Source of the DNA: Mustelus asterias
Taxonomy: Eukaryota
Length of the DNA: 64,000 nt
Direction of reading: 5' to 3'
Assembly: GCF_964213995.1 (NCBI RefSeq)
Contig: NW_027590175.1
Span: forward strand, 248,001 to 312,000
Shown: in pieces, positions 1 through 11,729 of the stretch
Layout of the letters: every line of letters begins with the position of its first letter
How positions within the stretch are numbered: position 1 is the stretch's first letter
The notes under the pieces: generated by a model
Told to the model about the DNA's origin: nothing
Databases searched by the model: none
The model's input: only the letters and a program-made list of their open reading frames with translations
Translations under genes and position numbers: made by a program

Positions 1-150
1 AACAATGGGTGGGGGCGGGGCTCCCGGGTCCGCGCGCCCGGGCCTGCTCACTGGAACCCGGAGACGTCACCGCGGAGCACAGTGATTCCTATTGGCTGAT
101 TCAAGGATGGCTCCGCTGTGACGTCACAAAGGGGAAGTTGGCCAATGATG
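1..150. promoter_or_regulatory. CpG-rich promoter-like segment (probably of a gene lying left of the window)
   Basis: GC box GGGGCGGGG near 12-20, ATTGG/CCAAT boxes near 91 and 142, and a CRE palindrome TGTGACGTCACA at 117-128. Confidence 0.55.
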
Positions 151-897
151 ATGTAATTTAAACAATGCCTGAGATCACTTCACTTCTTGGTCAGACCCCC
201 TTTTCAGTCCAGTGCTACTTGGAGTTTACCGTCAATTCAACAACTATTGGGTTACAAGTCCCTCACAGTTCTGATCTCAAATTTATGATAAAATAATTTA
301 AATAATGCATGAGAACGCTTCTTAACTAACTACCGACCACTGTTTGTTGATTGATCAGACCCCCATTTTACAGATTCGGGAATCTCAGCCACTGAACACC
401 AGCCCGTCCTGGAATAAGTTTAATTCTAACTCATTCTGAGTAAATATTCTCACCAGGTCCTCTGTCGGGGCCCTGCCAAGCAGCTTTAATAGTCCGTGAT
501 TGCAGAAACTGAGCAGTCACAGGAATGTGGTCAAGATAGTCCAGTCCCATAATGCCTCACATTCAATCTGTAGTCCTTCAATTATAACAGAATATGTGGC
601 TGTATGTAGCTGCCTCGGCCATGATCAGCGCCAACACTGCCTTCCTGAACTGTTACAATGCCTAAGGTGTAAGTACACCCACAGTGCTGTTAGGGAGGGA
701 TTTCCAGCTACACATTCCACACTTCCTCTAGACTGTGGGTGGATACGAGATTGATACATTTCATTCAACTGCACTCAAGCTGAGTTATTCAAATCCCTTT
801 ATTGTACGGGACAATATATTCATGATTCCTTTAAAACAGAAATTAAACATTCCCATTTGATTTCAGGTATTAACATATTCTGTTAGTTTGTTCTTTA

Positions 898-1200
898 TTG
901 TCAATGTCAGGCTGGGGATTGTTCCTCTTGGAGAAAAGGAGGTTGAGGGGAGATTTGATAGAGGTGGACAAGATTCTGACAGGTTTAGATAAGGTGGACA
1001 AAGAAAAGCTGTTCCCATTAGCTGACGGGACAAGGACGAGGGGGGACACAGATTTAAGGTTTTGGGTCAGAGATGCAGGAGGGATGTGAGGAAGAATATT
1101 TTGATGCAGCGAATGGTAATGACCTGGAACTCGCTGCCTACGAGGGTGGAGGAAGTGGAGACAATAAACAATTACAAAGGAAATTGGATGGGCATTGGGA
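898..1200 (+). mobile_element. CR1-type LINE 3' fragment
   Basis: Translation GLFLLEKRRLRGDLIEVDKIL...WNSLP is the typical CR1 ORF2 C-terminus. Confidence 0.85.
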
Positions 1201-1454
1201 GGCTTCAAACAGAAATAGTGACTCTGAACTTCCTAACATCCTGTCACTCTGTGATCCTTGTGAAATTTGAAACCAGGTATTCACAACAAGACTGAAAGAG
1301 CATCAGCCCACTGGAGGCAAAGTCATGAGACCGGCCAGTCCAGCAGAAAGAAACCCTCCGACCCTCCCCATTGACCAACTGTGAGAATGAACAAAATGCA
1401 GTCCTGGATGTAATTGAGGGCAGAAACAATAACAGCAGAATCCAACCCCTGGAA

Positions 1455-1850
1455 TCACTCGTGAACTTTTTGGTGTCTCAACAGATGGGATGAAAGACTG
1501 AATCTCTTCTCACACACAGAGCAGGAGAACGGTCTCTCCCCAGTGTGAACTCGCTGGTGTCTCAGCAGCCGGGATGAAACTTTGAATCCCTTCCCACACT
1601 GAGAGCAGGTGAACGGCCTCTCCCCAGTGTGAACTCGCTGGTGTATCTGCAGGCCAGATAACTGACTGAATCCCTTCTCACACTGAGAGCAGGTGAACGG
1701 CCTCTCCCCAGTGTGAACTCGTTGGTGTCTACGCAGGGTGGATAAATTCGTGAATGGCTTCTCCCCAGTGTGGCTGCGCCGATGAACTTCCAGCTCTGAA
1801 GGGGCTCCGTATCCCTTCCCACAGTCCGCACATTTCCATGGTTTCTCCAT
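1455..1850 (-). CDS. C2H2 zinc-finger protein (ZNF-A): 4 intact fingers plus one finger with an in-frame deletion
   Basis: ATG at 1850 (MEKPWKC...), repeated CxxC...HxxxH with TGERPF linkers; exon acceptor TTTTACAG at 2203-2202. Confidence 0.8.
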   Translation of the reverse strand: MEKPWKCADCGKGYGAPSELEVHRRSHTGEKPFTNLSTLRRHQRVHTGERPFTCSQCEKGFSQLSGLQIHQRVHTGERPFTCSQCGKGFKVSSRLLRHQRVHTGERPFSCSVCEKRFSLSSHLLRHQKVHE

Positions 1851-2889
1851 GGTGCAGGTGTCCTTGCCTCTCTCTTGGGTGGACAATCAGTTGAAGCCTC
1901 GTCCACACACAGAACACGTGTCCAGTCTCTCCCCGCTGTGAATGGTGTGATATTTATTCAGGCTATGTAACTGGTTAAAGCTCTTGAGTCTGTGAACTGG
2001 AACACTCTCACTCGAGTGTGACAGTGTGTTGGTGCTTTTCCAGTCACACTAATGTTTGAAATCTTTTCAAACTGACAGACCAGACAACAATTTCTCCTTC
2101 AAGATACAAAGGCCGATGATATTCAGGTCCCAAGGAATATGACTCTGTCAGATCTAGATGTGACGTTTGAGATTTCAGCCTGTGATTCCTCTTTCAATAT
2201 CCTGTAAAACAAGTTTACAGAAGTCATCAGTGTCAGTACAGGATCGAAATTCAGAACAGACAATTCTAGTTTCTATGGAACATTCTTTCCTCTCTCCAGA
2301 CTCGAAACATTGGCTCTTTTCTCTCTCCATCTGGGGGATAGCGTGGGAAATGATGCTGCGGTAGATCAGCCAATTCTCAATGAATGGTTGAGGCAGTTCG
2401 ATGGGCTGAATGGCCAACTGCAGCTCCTGTTATGATTTCTGAGTCGTGGACAGGAAGCAGTGAGCGTGGATCTGTCAATCAGCCTCAATCAGCACCTTCA
2501 GGAGAATTGGGAGGGTGAATATTAGATACAGCAGAGTGAGAATGGAGGGAGAGTGTGTGGGATGGAGATTCACAGCTTTTGGGAATGAGAGGGGAAAAAA
2601 TGTTCATGAGAATCATAGAGTTCTTACATCTTATCAACCGTCCCTGAGCCTTCACAATGAGGACACTCTTATCTCTGACTTGTCTGTGCTGCTGGCAGTC
2701 TCACAAAGCAGCTGCCTGTGTGTTAATACAAGGGGCCCTGCTCGGCAAGTTTAATGCTCCATGGCTGTGTCTTTAATGACTGAATAACTATAGGAATATG
2801 GTCAAGTCAGCTAAATCACATGATGCTTTATATTACGGTTAGTAACTGCCCATTTTGTTAACATAGCACATTTGGATATATAAATACAG

Positions 2890-3070
2890 ATAAAAGCAAA
2901 ATATTGCGGATGCTGGAATCTGAAACAAAAACAGAAAATGCTGGAAAATGTCAGCAGGTCTGACAGCATCTGTGGAGAGAGAATAGAGCCAACGTTTAAA
3001 GTCTGGATGACCCTTCATCAGAGTTCTGACAAAGGGTCATCCAGACTCGAAATGTTAGTCTATTCTCACT
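2890..3070. mobile_element. Palindromic Penelope-like/MITE-like element with decayed hammerhead cores
   Basis: Inverted arms 2986-3021 and 3026-3060; related copies at about 43940-44035/45276-45400 and 52177-52388. Confidence 0.6.
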
Positions 3071-3714
3071 CTATAAATATATATACGACAGCTGCCTCAG
3101 CCTTGGCCCACTCTAACACATGCACGAAGCAGGGCTGACTATGTGGAAATGCTCAGATTAAAGTTTCCTGCCTTCTCTTTAACAGCGAGTGAAAATGTTT
3201 ATCGGCTTGCAGACCTTCAAAGGAGTCAGTGTCTGCTATTTCAGCATGAACAGGCTAATCTTCACCGACGTAGGCCCCAGAACATTCTGCTTTTCGGCCT
3301 TCACCAGAGGGTGAGCAAGACCAGATTTCTCCATAACAAATACCAAAGGCGAGATATGGGGATATGCTATGCAAATAAAAGATTAGCAGAAGTCAATTTT
3401 GAACGCGAAAGGGCGAAAAGCTAGGATTTAATTGGCGAATATGTCTGTCAATGAAGTATTAGAAACATTCCTGGTTTCTGATTTGCTGTAATTGACTATT
3501 ATTGCCAAGTTATTTTTCTGTAACATCAGAACCACTTGCGGGACAGCTGCACAGGGTTTCTCCTTGTGCACAAGTTATTAAAGGCCCCACATTGGATTGT
3601 GCGTGGTGTCCAGTGCTGTTTGTACTCAAGTTGACTAAGAATGCTTAAAGTTGCTGGTACCCAGGATCTCTGACAACTCTCCCTAACCAGACCTTGATTA
3701 CCCAAAGGTTGGCC

Positions 3715-3930
3715 AAATCCTCTCCAGTAACTTACCCGCCACTGTTGTCAGGTTCACCGGCCTGTAATTACCAGGCTTCTCTTTGCAACCCTTCTCCAAC
3801 AATGGAATAACATTAGCCACACTCTAGTCTTCCAGAACTTCACCGGTGGAAAGGGATGAAGCAAATATTTCTGCAAGAGCCTCTGCAATTTCTTCCCCAA
3901 ACTCCCACAAGATCAGAGGATGCACTTGAT
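3715..3930 (-). mobile_element. CR1 LINE internal fragment
   Basis: Reverse complement resembles the CR1 ORF2 region (PEDW..ANV.PL..KG..KPGNYRPV). Confidence 0.7.
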
Positions 3931-4320
3931 TAGATTTATTACTGTCACATGTACTAGTATACAGTGAAAAGAATTGTTTCTTGCACACTATCAAGACAAG
4001 GCATACAGTTCATAGAGAAGGAAAGGAGAGAGTGCAGGATGTAGTGTTACAGTCATAGCTAAGGTGGACAGAAAGATCAACTTAGTGCGGGGTAGGTCCA
4101 TTCAAAAGTCTGATGGCAACAGGGAAGAAGCTGTTCTTGAGTTGGTTGGTACGTGAGCTCAGACTTTTGTTTCATTTCCCAAAGGAAATAGGTGGAAGCG
4201 TGAATGTCCGGGGTGCGAGGGTTGATTATGCTGGCTGCTTTTCCGAGGCACCCGGATGTGTACACAGAGTCAATGGATGGGAGGCAGGTTTGGGTGATGG
4301 ACTGGGCTTCATTCACAATC
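3931..4320 (-). mobile_element. Rex1/RTE-like non-LTR retroelement 3' fragment
   Basis: LPSIDSVYTSGCLGKAASII-type translation; same family at 12018-13260 and 52660-52965. Confidence 0.6.
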
Positions 4321-4324
4321 CTTT

Positions 4325-6390
4325 GAGGAATCCTTTGTTGAGAAAAGCATGGATGTTAGGGAACTTGAGGAAATAAATAGTGATGTCTTCAGGAGTGCAC
4401 ATGTAACAGAGAAGGAGGTGCTGGAAGTCTTAAAGTGCATCAAGGTAGATAAATCCCCGGGACCTGATGAAATGGATCCCAGGACATTGTGGGAGGCTAG
4501 GGAGGAAATTGTGGGTCCCCTAGCAGAGATATTTGAATCATCGATAGTCACAGGTGAGGTGCCTGAAGATTGGACGGTGGCAAATGTTGTGCCTTTGTTT
4601 GAGAAGGGCTGCAGGGAAAAGCCTGGGAACTACAGGCCGGTGGATGAGCCTCACATCTGTAGTGGCTGAGTTGCTTGAAGGAATTTTGAGAGACAGGATC
4701 TACAGGCATTTAGAGACGCAAGGACTGATTAGGGACAGCATGGCTTTGTGAGTGGAAAATCATGTCTCACAAATTTGATTGAGTTTTTTAGAACTTAGAA
4801 CATAGAAAAAAATACAGCACAAACAGGCCCTTCGGCCCACAAGTTGCGCCGGTCATGTCCCTACCTACCTAGGCTTATATATAGGCTTACCTATAACCCT
4901 CAATCCTATTAAGTCCCATGTACTCATCCAGAAGTCTCTTAAAAGACCCTATCGAGTTTGCCTCCACCACCCTGACGGCAGCCGATTCCACTACCCACCA
5001 CCCTCTGAGTGAAGAACTTACCCCTGACATCTCCTCTGTAGCTACTCCCCAGGACCTTAAACCTGTATCCTCTCATAGCAGCCATTTCAGCCCTGGGAAA
5101 AAGCCTCCGAGAATCCACTCGATCTATACCTCTCAACATCTTGTACACCTCGATCAGGTCACCTCTCATCCTTCGACTCTCCAAGGAGAAAAGATCTTCT
5201 CTGCACCCTTGCAATCATTTACACATCCCTCCTGTAATGAGGTGACCAGAACTGAGCACAGTCCTCCAAGTGGGGTCTGACGAGGGTCTTATGAAGCTGC
5301 ATCATTATCTCCCAACTCCTAAACTCAATCCCTCGATTGATGAAGGCCAGCACACCATACGCCTTCTTAACCACCTCCTCTACCTGCGAGGCCGATTTAA
5401 GAGTCCTATGGACCCGGACCCCAAGGTCCTTCTGATCCTCTACACTGCTAAGAGTCTTACCCTTGATATTATATTTTTGAAGGGGTAACCAAGAAGGTAG
5501 ATGAGGGCAGTGCAGTTGATGTTGTCTACATGGACTTTAGCAAGGCCTTTGACAAGGTACCACATGGTAGGTTGTCGCATAAGGTTAAATCTCACAGAAG
5601 CCAGGGTACGGTAGCCAAATGGATACAAAATGGGCTTGATGACAGAAGATAGAGGGTGGTTGTGGAGGGTTGTTTTTCAAACTGGAGGCTTGTGACCAGC
5701 AGTGTGCCTCACGGATCGGTGCTGGGTCCTCTGTTATTTGCCATTTATATTCATGATTTGGATGGGAATATAGGAGGCATTGTTATTAATTTTGCAGATG
5801 ACACCAAGATTGGTGGCATATTGGACAGTGAAGGTTATCTAGGATTGCAACAGGATCCTGGTCAATTGGGTCAGTGGGCTGATGAATGGTAGATGGAGTT
5901 AAATTTAGATAAATGCAAGGTGATGCATTTTGGTGGATTGAACCAGGGCAGGACTTACTCAGTTAATGGTGGGACTTGAAGAGAGCTATAGAATAAAGAG
6001 ATCCAGGAGTACAGGTTCATAGCTCCTTGAAAACGGAGTCACAGGTGGACAGAATGGTGAAGAAGGCATTCAGCATGCTTGGTTTCATTGGTCAGAACAT
6101 TGAATACAGGAGTTGGGACGTCTTGTTGGAGTTGTAAAAGACATTGGTAAGGCCACACATGGAATACTGTATCCAGTTCTGGTCACCCTATTATAGAAAG
6201 GATATTATTAAACAAGAAAACGTGCAGAAAAGATTTACTAGGATGCTACCGGGACTTGATGGTTTGAGTTATAAGGCTGGATAGACTGCGACTTTTTTCT
6301 CTGGAGCGTAGGAGGCTTTGTAGTGACCTTATAGAGGTCTATAAAATAATGAGGGGCACAGATCAGCGAGATAGTCAATATCTTTTCCCA
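4325..6390 (+). mobile_element. CR1 LINE ORF2 (RT) remnant, interrupted by a second CR1 in the opposite orientation
   Basis: KSPGPD, NYRPV, GSVLGPLLF, FADDTK motifs; sequence breaks at about 4789 and resumes at about 5473. Confidence 0.9.
4790..5468 (-). mobile_element. Nested CR1 LINE 3' fragment
   Basis: LFSLESRRMRGDLIEVYKML translation; TAGAAC-type tail at the left end. Confidence 0.85.
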
Positions 6391-6630
6391 TTCCATTGTG
6401 ACCTCACACTCCGACCCATTCCATTGTGACGTCACACTCCCACCCATTCCATTGTGACGTCACACTCTCACCCATTCCATTGTGATGTCACACTCCCACC
6501 CATTCCATTGTGACGTCACACTCTCACCCATTCCATTGTGATGTCACACTCTCACGCATTCCATTGTGACGTCACACTCTCACCCATTCCATTGTGATGT
6601 CACACCCTCACCCATTCCATTGTGACATCA
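6387..6630. repeat. 28-bp minisatellite, 8 full units plus 1 partial, containing CRE palindromes
   Basis: Unit CCCATTCCATTGTGA(C/T)GTCACACTC(T/C)CA read directly. Confidence 0.97.
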
Positions 6631-6839
6631 GGGCTTCACTCTCCGGTCACAATCCCTGCCGGTCTCCCACATGCAGCCTCAATGGCGGCAGTCAGCCCGG
6701 GTCTAACACTACAAGCTGCCGCTCCATTTGGTACAAAGGGGGGGAACCGGGAAGTTCATTTCCGGGGTTTGGGTTTGAACAACATGTTTACAAAGTCTCT
6801 CCACCCACCCGCCACATTTATCATTCCCCGCACACCGCC

Positions 6840-7220
6840 CTCTACCTCGTATTGATCTCGGTTCCGAGTCAAAACCGTCCATCCGTCGCCATTACCGGCA
6901 CTGCGCATGCTTCAGGTCGCGCCCCCCATTCACTCCGATTGGTTGGAGGACCAGCCGCTCCCGCTCGGTCCTCCAGGCCCGCCCCCTCTTCCTATTGGTC
7001 CGAGCTGCCGTCAATCAGTCCCCCTGGCATTGTGATGTGGAGCATGCGCAGTGTCATTGCTGTCCTTGGCGCTTGTTTGTCCCGGAGAAGCGGAGTCAGC
7101 GTTAGGCGGTGGCTGCGAGGATTTGGAAACACTTTGTGGATCCGCAAACCCTTCAGAATCATTGTCAGCTCCCTGGTTTGCAGCTGCGGGGCTTCTCCCT
7201 CCCGGGAACAGGCCCAGGTT
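6840..7220. promoter_or_regulatory. CpG-rich bidirectional promoter between head-to-head ZNF-A (-) and ZNF-B (+)
   Basis: NRF1-type TGCGCATGC (about 6902) and GCATGCGCA (about 7042), two ATTGG boxes, GC box CCCGCCCC; lies between divergent ZNF exons. Confidence 0.7.
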
Positions 7221-8041
7221 AACGGCCCCATCCTGGCTCAGCCACTGGAGGATGGTTCACATCAGAGGATGGGGGAGGGGGACAATAAATAAGAGGTTAC
7301 ACTTTGGCCTCAAATCAATGAGGACTCTGATCTCTGGGAAGGAAGGAAACCCTGGGAGGTGGGCGGGGAGGATTCACAAACACCCGCTGGAGGCCCCAAC
7401 ACCCCCAGTAAGACCCATTGGTTTTATTGTCAGTCTGCAGACAGGAGCTGGAGAACTGAACCCAGACAGAGGAGAGGGAGGGAGAAAACTGGGAGTGGAG
7501 GAAAGAGATGGTGAGATGGGTTTGGATTTCAGCCCAGGGAGGAGGGAGAGAGAGTGGGTGGGACGGGGATTTACAGATTTGGGGGAACAAGAGAGGAAAA
7601 AATGTTCCTGACAAACTAGAATTGTCTGTTCAGAGTTTCTATCCTGTTCTGACAGTGATGACTTTTCTGAACTGTTTTTACAGGATATTGGAAGTGAAAG
7701 AATGGCAGACAGAAAACTCAAACCGAACATCATAACTGGCAAAGTCATTCAGTTCCTTCAGAGCTGAATATCATCGGTCTTTGAATTTGGAAAGAGAAAT
7801 ATTTGTCTGTTCTGCCTGTGGGCAAAGAAATTAAACATCAGTGTGACTGGAAAAGCATCGAGACAAACACACACCCGAGTGAGAGTGTTCCAGTGAACTG
7901 ACTGTGGAAAGATCTTTAACCAGTTACACAGCCTGAAAAAACATCACAGTTCACAGCAGGGTGAAACTACGTGTGTGTTGTGTGTGTGGATGAGGCTTGA
8001 ACTGATCATCCAACCTGGAGAAACACAAGGGCACCAGCACC

Positions 8042-9022
8042 ATGGAGAAACCGTGGAAATGTGTGGAGTGCGGGAAAGGAATCAGTTTCCCATCACAACT
8101 GGAAGTTCATCGGCGCAGTCATACTGGGGAGAGACCATTCACCTGCTCTGTTTGTGGGAAGGGGTTCACCCATTCATACAACCTTCTGACTCACCAACGG
8201 GTTCACACTGGGGAGAGGCCGTTCACCTGCCCTGTCTGTGGGAAAGGATTCACTCGCTCATCCCACATTGTGACACACCAAGTTGTTCACACTGATGAGA
8301 GACTGTCTCCATGTTCTGACTGTGAGAAGAGTTTTAAATGCAAAAAAGATCTGCTGACGCACCAACGTATTCACACTGGGGAGAGACCATTCACCTGCTC
8401 TGTGTGTGGGAAAGGATTCATTCAGTCATCCCACCTGCAGACACATCAACTTGTTCACTCTGACAACAAACTTTTTAATTGTTCCGACTGTGCAAAGAGC
8501 TTTAAAAACAAAAAGGATATGTTAATGCACCAATATACTCACACTGGGGAGAGGCCATTCACCTGCTGTGTGTGTGGGAAGGGATTCAGCCACCCATCTG
8601 GCCTACTGAACCACCAGAGAATTCACACTGGGGAGAGGCCCTTCACCTGCTCAGACTGTGGGAAGGGATTCATTAATTCATCCAATCTTTTGATACACCA
8701 GCAGCTCCATACAGGGGATAGACCGTTCACCTGCTCTGGATGTGGGAAGGAATTCACCCGTTCATACAACCTTCTGACACACCAGCAGGTTCACAGTGAG
8801 GAGAGGCCATTCACTTGCTCCGTGTGTGGGAAGGGATTCACTCGTTCATCCAATCTATTGAATCACCAGCGAGTTCACACTGGGGAGAGGCCATTCACCT
8901 GTAACGTCTGTGGAAAGGGATTTATTCAGTCATCCCACCTGCTAACACACCAGCGAGTTCACAAACGACTGCAAGGTTTGGATTCTACACTTATTGATGC
9001 TGTTAATCATATCCAGGTCTGA
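8042..9022 (+). CDS. C2H2 zinc-finger protein (ZNF-B), 326 aa, 11 tandem fingers
   Basis: Uninterrupted ORF; acceptor TTTTTACAG at 7683; AATAAA at 9070-9075. Confidence 0.93.
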   Translation: MEKPWKCVECGKGISFPSQLEVHRRSHTGERPFTCSVCGKGFTHSYNLLTHQRVHTGERPFTCPVCGKGFTRSSHIVTHQVVHTDERLSPCSDCEKSFKCKKDLLTHQRIHTGERPFTCSVCGKGFIQSSHLQTHQLVHSDNKLFNCSDCAKSFKNKKDMLMHQYTHTGERPFTCCVCGKGFSHPSGLLNHQRIHTGERPFTCSDCGKGFINSSNLLIHQQLHTGDRPFTCSGCGKEFTRSYNLLTHQQVHSEERPFTCSVCGKGFTRSSNLLNHQRVHTGERPFTCNVCGKGFIQSSHLLTHQRVHKRLQGLDSTLIDAVNHIQV

Positions 9023-10059
9023 ATCATGTTCACTCTGACTTTTTTCTTCTGTTGAGGTTTGATATTCTGAATAAATGTGAAATAGACATTTGATTGAATC
9101 ATTGTTGTAGATTTTTGTCTTTTCCATTTGAGTGTTTAACGTCACCAGGCTGGAGCTCAGAAAGGGCAATCTGAGGGAGGATCATACAGTTGGAACAGAA
9201 CTTCATTCTTGACACAGTCCTTCAGGGTCACGCTGAGAGGGACAAACAGCACTTTGTTCTTTTTCGTCACTTTTCACTGACAACAAAGTCCCCGTGTGGG
9301 TGAATCCTGAGGAGTGTAAGAAATGTGTCCCAGTCGTTCTTTTCCATGGTTCAGAGCTCCTAGACACGGAACAGAAGCTCCTTCACAACTGTGTTTAGAG
9401 TCAGGAAGAACAATGGTGAATGCACCCAGAGGAAACACACATAGACACGGGGAGAACGTGCAAACTCCACACAGATAGTGACCCAAGCTGGGAATTGAAC
9501 CCGGGTCCCAGGCGCTGTGAAACAGCTGCCCCTCAATGTTGGTCTTGGAAATAGGGCAGTGCTGACCCAGTCAGTTCTGGAATGTAAGTGGTCAGTTATC
9601 CTATTTACAGCAGCACAGCCACACCAGAAAGAGACCATTCAGGTATGTTGTGTGTGTAAATGGATTTATTCATTTTCCCCTTCTGTTAACATATTTAAAA
9701 GTTCAAAGGATTTGATCAACCATGAGTTCATTCTTATTTTCAAGTCCGTGTGTGTGTGTGTGTGTGTGGAGAGGGGGTGGATGGTAAATCAATCAGTTTG
9801 TTACACCAGCTGACACTCCAAGGAGTTCATCTTCAGATGTAGACGTTTGTTCCGCTATTAATTAAACTCAGGACAGAGCTGTGGTGCCTGTTGACATTAG
9901 CTGCTGTATTAGTTATTTGCATTTTATACCTTGATGCTTTGGCTTCAGTTGTAATTGAATCACAAAACATAATTTTTTAATATGCAAGAACATACTTCAA
10001 TGGTGGCTATCTTACCCAGCATTCACAGTGAATCAGAATATGATCTATCCTTACAACAG

Positions 10060-10370
10060 ACTTTGCGCACGCGCATTGTAGATCCAAAGTGCATGCGCAG
10101 TGGATGTTGCTGCCGCAGTAGCAGCAGGGCGGTTATATCGGCTCCGGGTTTCCAGGGAAACGGCTTATTCTGGAGGGTAATGCAGGCGGCGGGGTGGATG
10201 GGGAGGCTTCATAAGCACCCAGTGGAGACAGGAGAACCCGAATAATAACTGCTCAGTGCCGCGTTCCTACCATTCGGGGCCGCGACCGCAGATGCCGAGT
10301 TGGAGGCCCCGAGTTGACGGAGACCATCTTTCTCAGAGCGATGGGCAATAGCGCGCATGCGCGCTGCTCC
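10060..10370 (+). promoter_or_regulatory. CpG-rich promoter/first exon, probably of ZNF-C
   Basis: NRF1-like GCGCACGCGC, GCATGCGCA, GCGCGCATGCGCG; first-intron-like sequence resembles that after the ZNF-B promoter. Confidence 0.6.
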
Positions 10371-10439
10371 CTGTCAGCAGGAGGAGAGAATGTTGTGAAT
10401 TTCTCTCCTGGACTGACAGGGATGGACTTTGGAAACTCC

Positions 10440-10700
10440 TTTTACAGGGAGTGATAAGGGGAGGATTTACACACAGAAAACTCAACCCAAGAGAAATGTT
10501 TCTCACTTAATTTCTATTCTTGACTGACAGTGATGATCTTTTTTTACAGGAAATTTGACGACAAAATTTGAAGGGAAACTCAAACCAGACATCAGATCAA
10601 AACCTGCCAGAGTCACTCCATTCATCAGAACCTGATTGTAAGTGTGTCTGTAGAAAAAGATTCAAACATCTGTGTGACTGGAAATACGGAACAATAATGT
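10440..10700 (+). pseudogene. Truncated copies of the ZNF exon 5' part (possible non-coding exon 10550-10637)
   Basis: TTTTACAG acceptors at 10447 and 10549 followed by GAAAACTCAA/GTGTGACTGGAAA motifs shared with ZNF-A/B exons; GTAAGT at 10638. Confidence 0.45.
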
Positions 10701-10779
10701 CATGGAAGGATTTGCAAAAAAAGATGCAATGTTTTAAATTGAGTTGTTTAACTGGGAGCCTGTGTGGGTCAGTGTTTTA

Positions 10780-11020
10780 AACTTTATTTATTAGTGTCAC
10801 AAGTAGGCTTAGCCTATATTAACACTGCAAGTTCCTGTAAAATTCCTCTAGTTGTCACACTCCGGCACTTGTTCGGGTCAATGCACCTAACCAGCAAGCC
10901 TTTCTGACTGTGGGAGGAAAACCATGCAGACATGGGAAGAATGTGCAGACTCCACACACACAGTCACCCAAGCCATGAATTGAACCCACTGTGCGGCAGC
11001 AGTGCTAACCACTGCAGCCC
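10780..11020 (-). mobile_element. tRNA-derived shark SINE (HE1-like)
   Basis: GTGGTTAGCACTGCTGCC head, GGTCACTGTGTGTGTGGAG core, AATAAA tail on the minus strand; further copies at about 9424-9520, 22100-22435, 50945-51430, 53720-53990. Confidence 0.8.
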
Positions 11021-11729
11021 CATGGTGAGGACATGGTGATGGGTGAGTGTGTGGGACTTGATGCAGAGGACAGGGGTTTATATACAGCAACGTTTTTCAT
11101 GGGTTAAATGAGGGACACTGACAGTCAAGTCTAAAGAAAATAAAGGAATGAATGAAAGTTCTAGAAACCTCAGCTGAGACAGGGATTTAGCGAAACTCAA
11201 GTTGGTAATGAATAGATGAGGCTGTCCAGTCAAGTCAGGAGGGAATGCATGAAATTTTCAGAAACAACACTAAGACAGGGCCAGGGTGAGCCATGTTAGG
11301 GGGATATGTTATCTACAGGAGGGGCGGAAGGTAACTTATTCCACATTGATTTCTCATCTCACATCTGTCTGTGACCAGAAAGATGTTTTTGATTTGATTC
11401 GTCCTTTATAAGCAGTGGCATACTACCCAATACTTCAAGGCTTACTCCTGCTCGTAATTCATACATCCGTATGTATGTTCACTAATGTCCTTTAGGGAAG
11501 GAAATGGGTACGATGGCTATAGAGGGATATGGGCCAAATGCGGGCAATTGGGACTAGCTTAGGGGTTTAAAAAAAGGGGTGGCATGGACAAGTTGGGCCG
11601 AATGGCCTGTTTCCATGCTGTAAACCTCTATGACTCTAAGTTAGAATTAACTTTAGTTTACTCACAGACACTCCAAATGTGGAAACTCAATGTTGCGCCA
11701 TTTGATTTGATTTATTATTGTCACACAAA

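Noticed and set aside
6387-6630. CRISPR-like or RSS-array reading of the 28-bp repeat (CACAATG heptamer variant in each unit)
   Set aside because: No unique spacers, eukaryotic context, and no nonamer at 12 or 23 bp.
6594-7611. 232-aa and 186-aa ORFs over the bidirectional promoter
   Set aside because: GC-rich stop-poor sequence, non-ATG starts, no recognisable protein.
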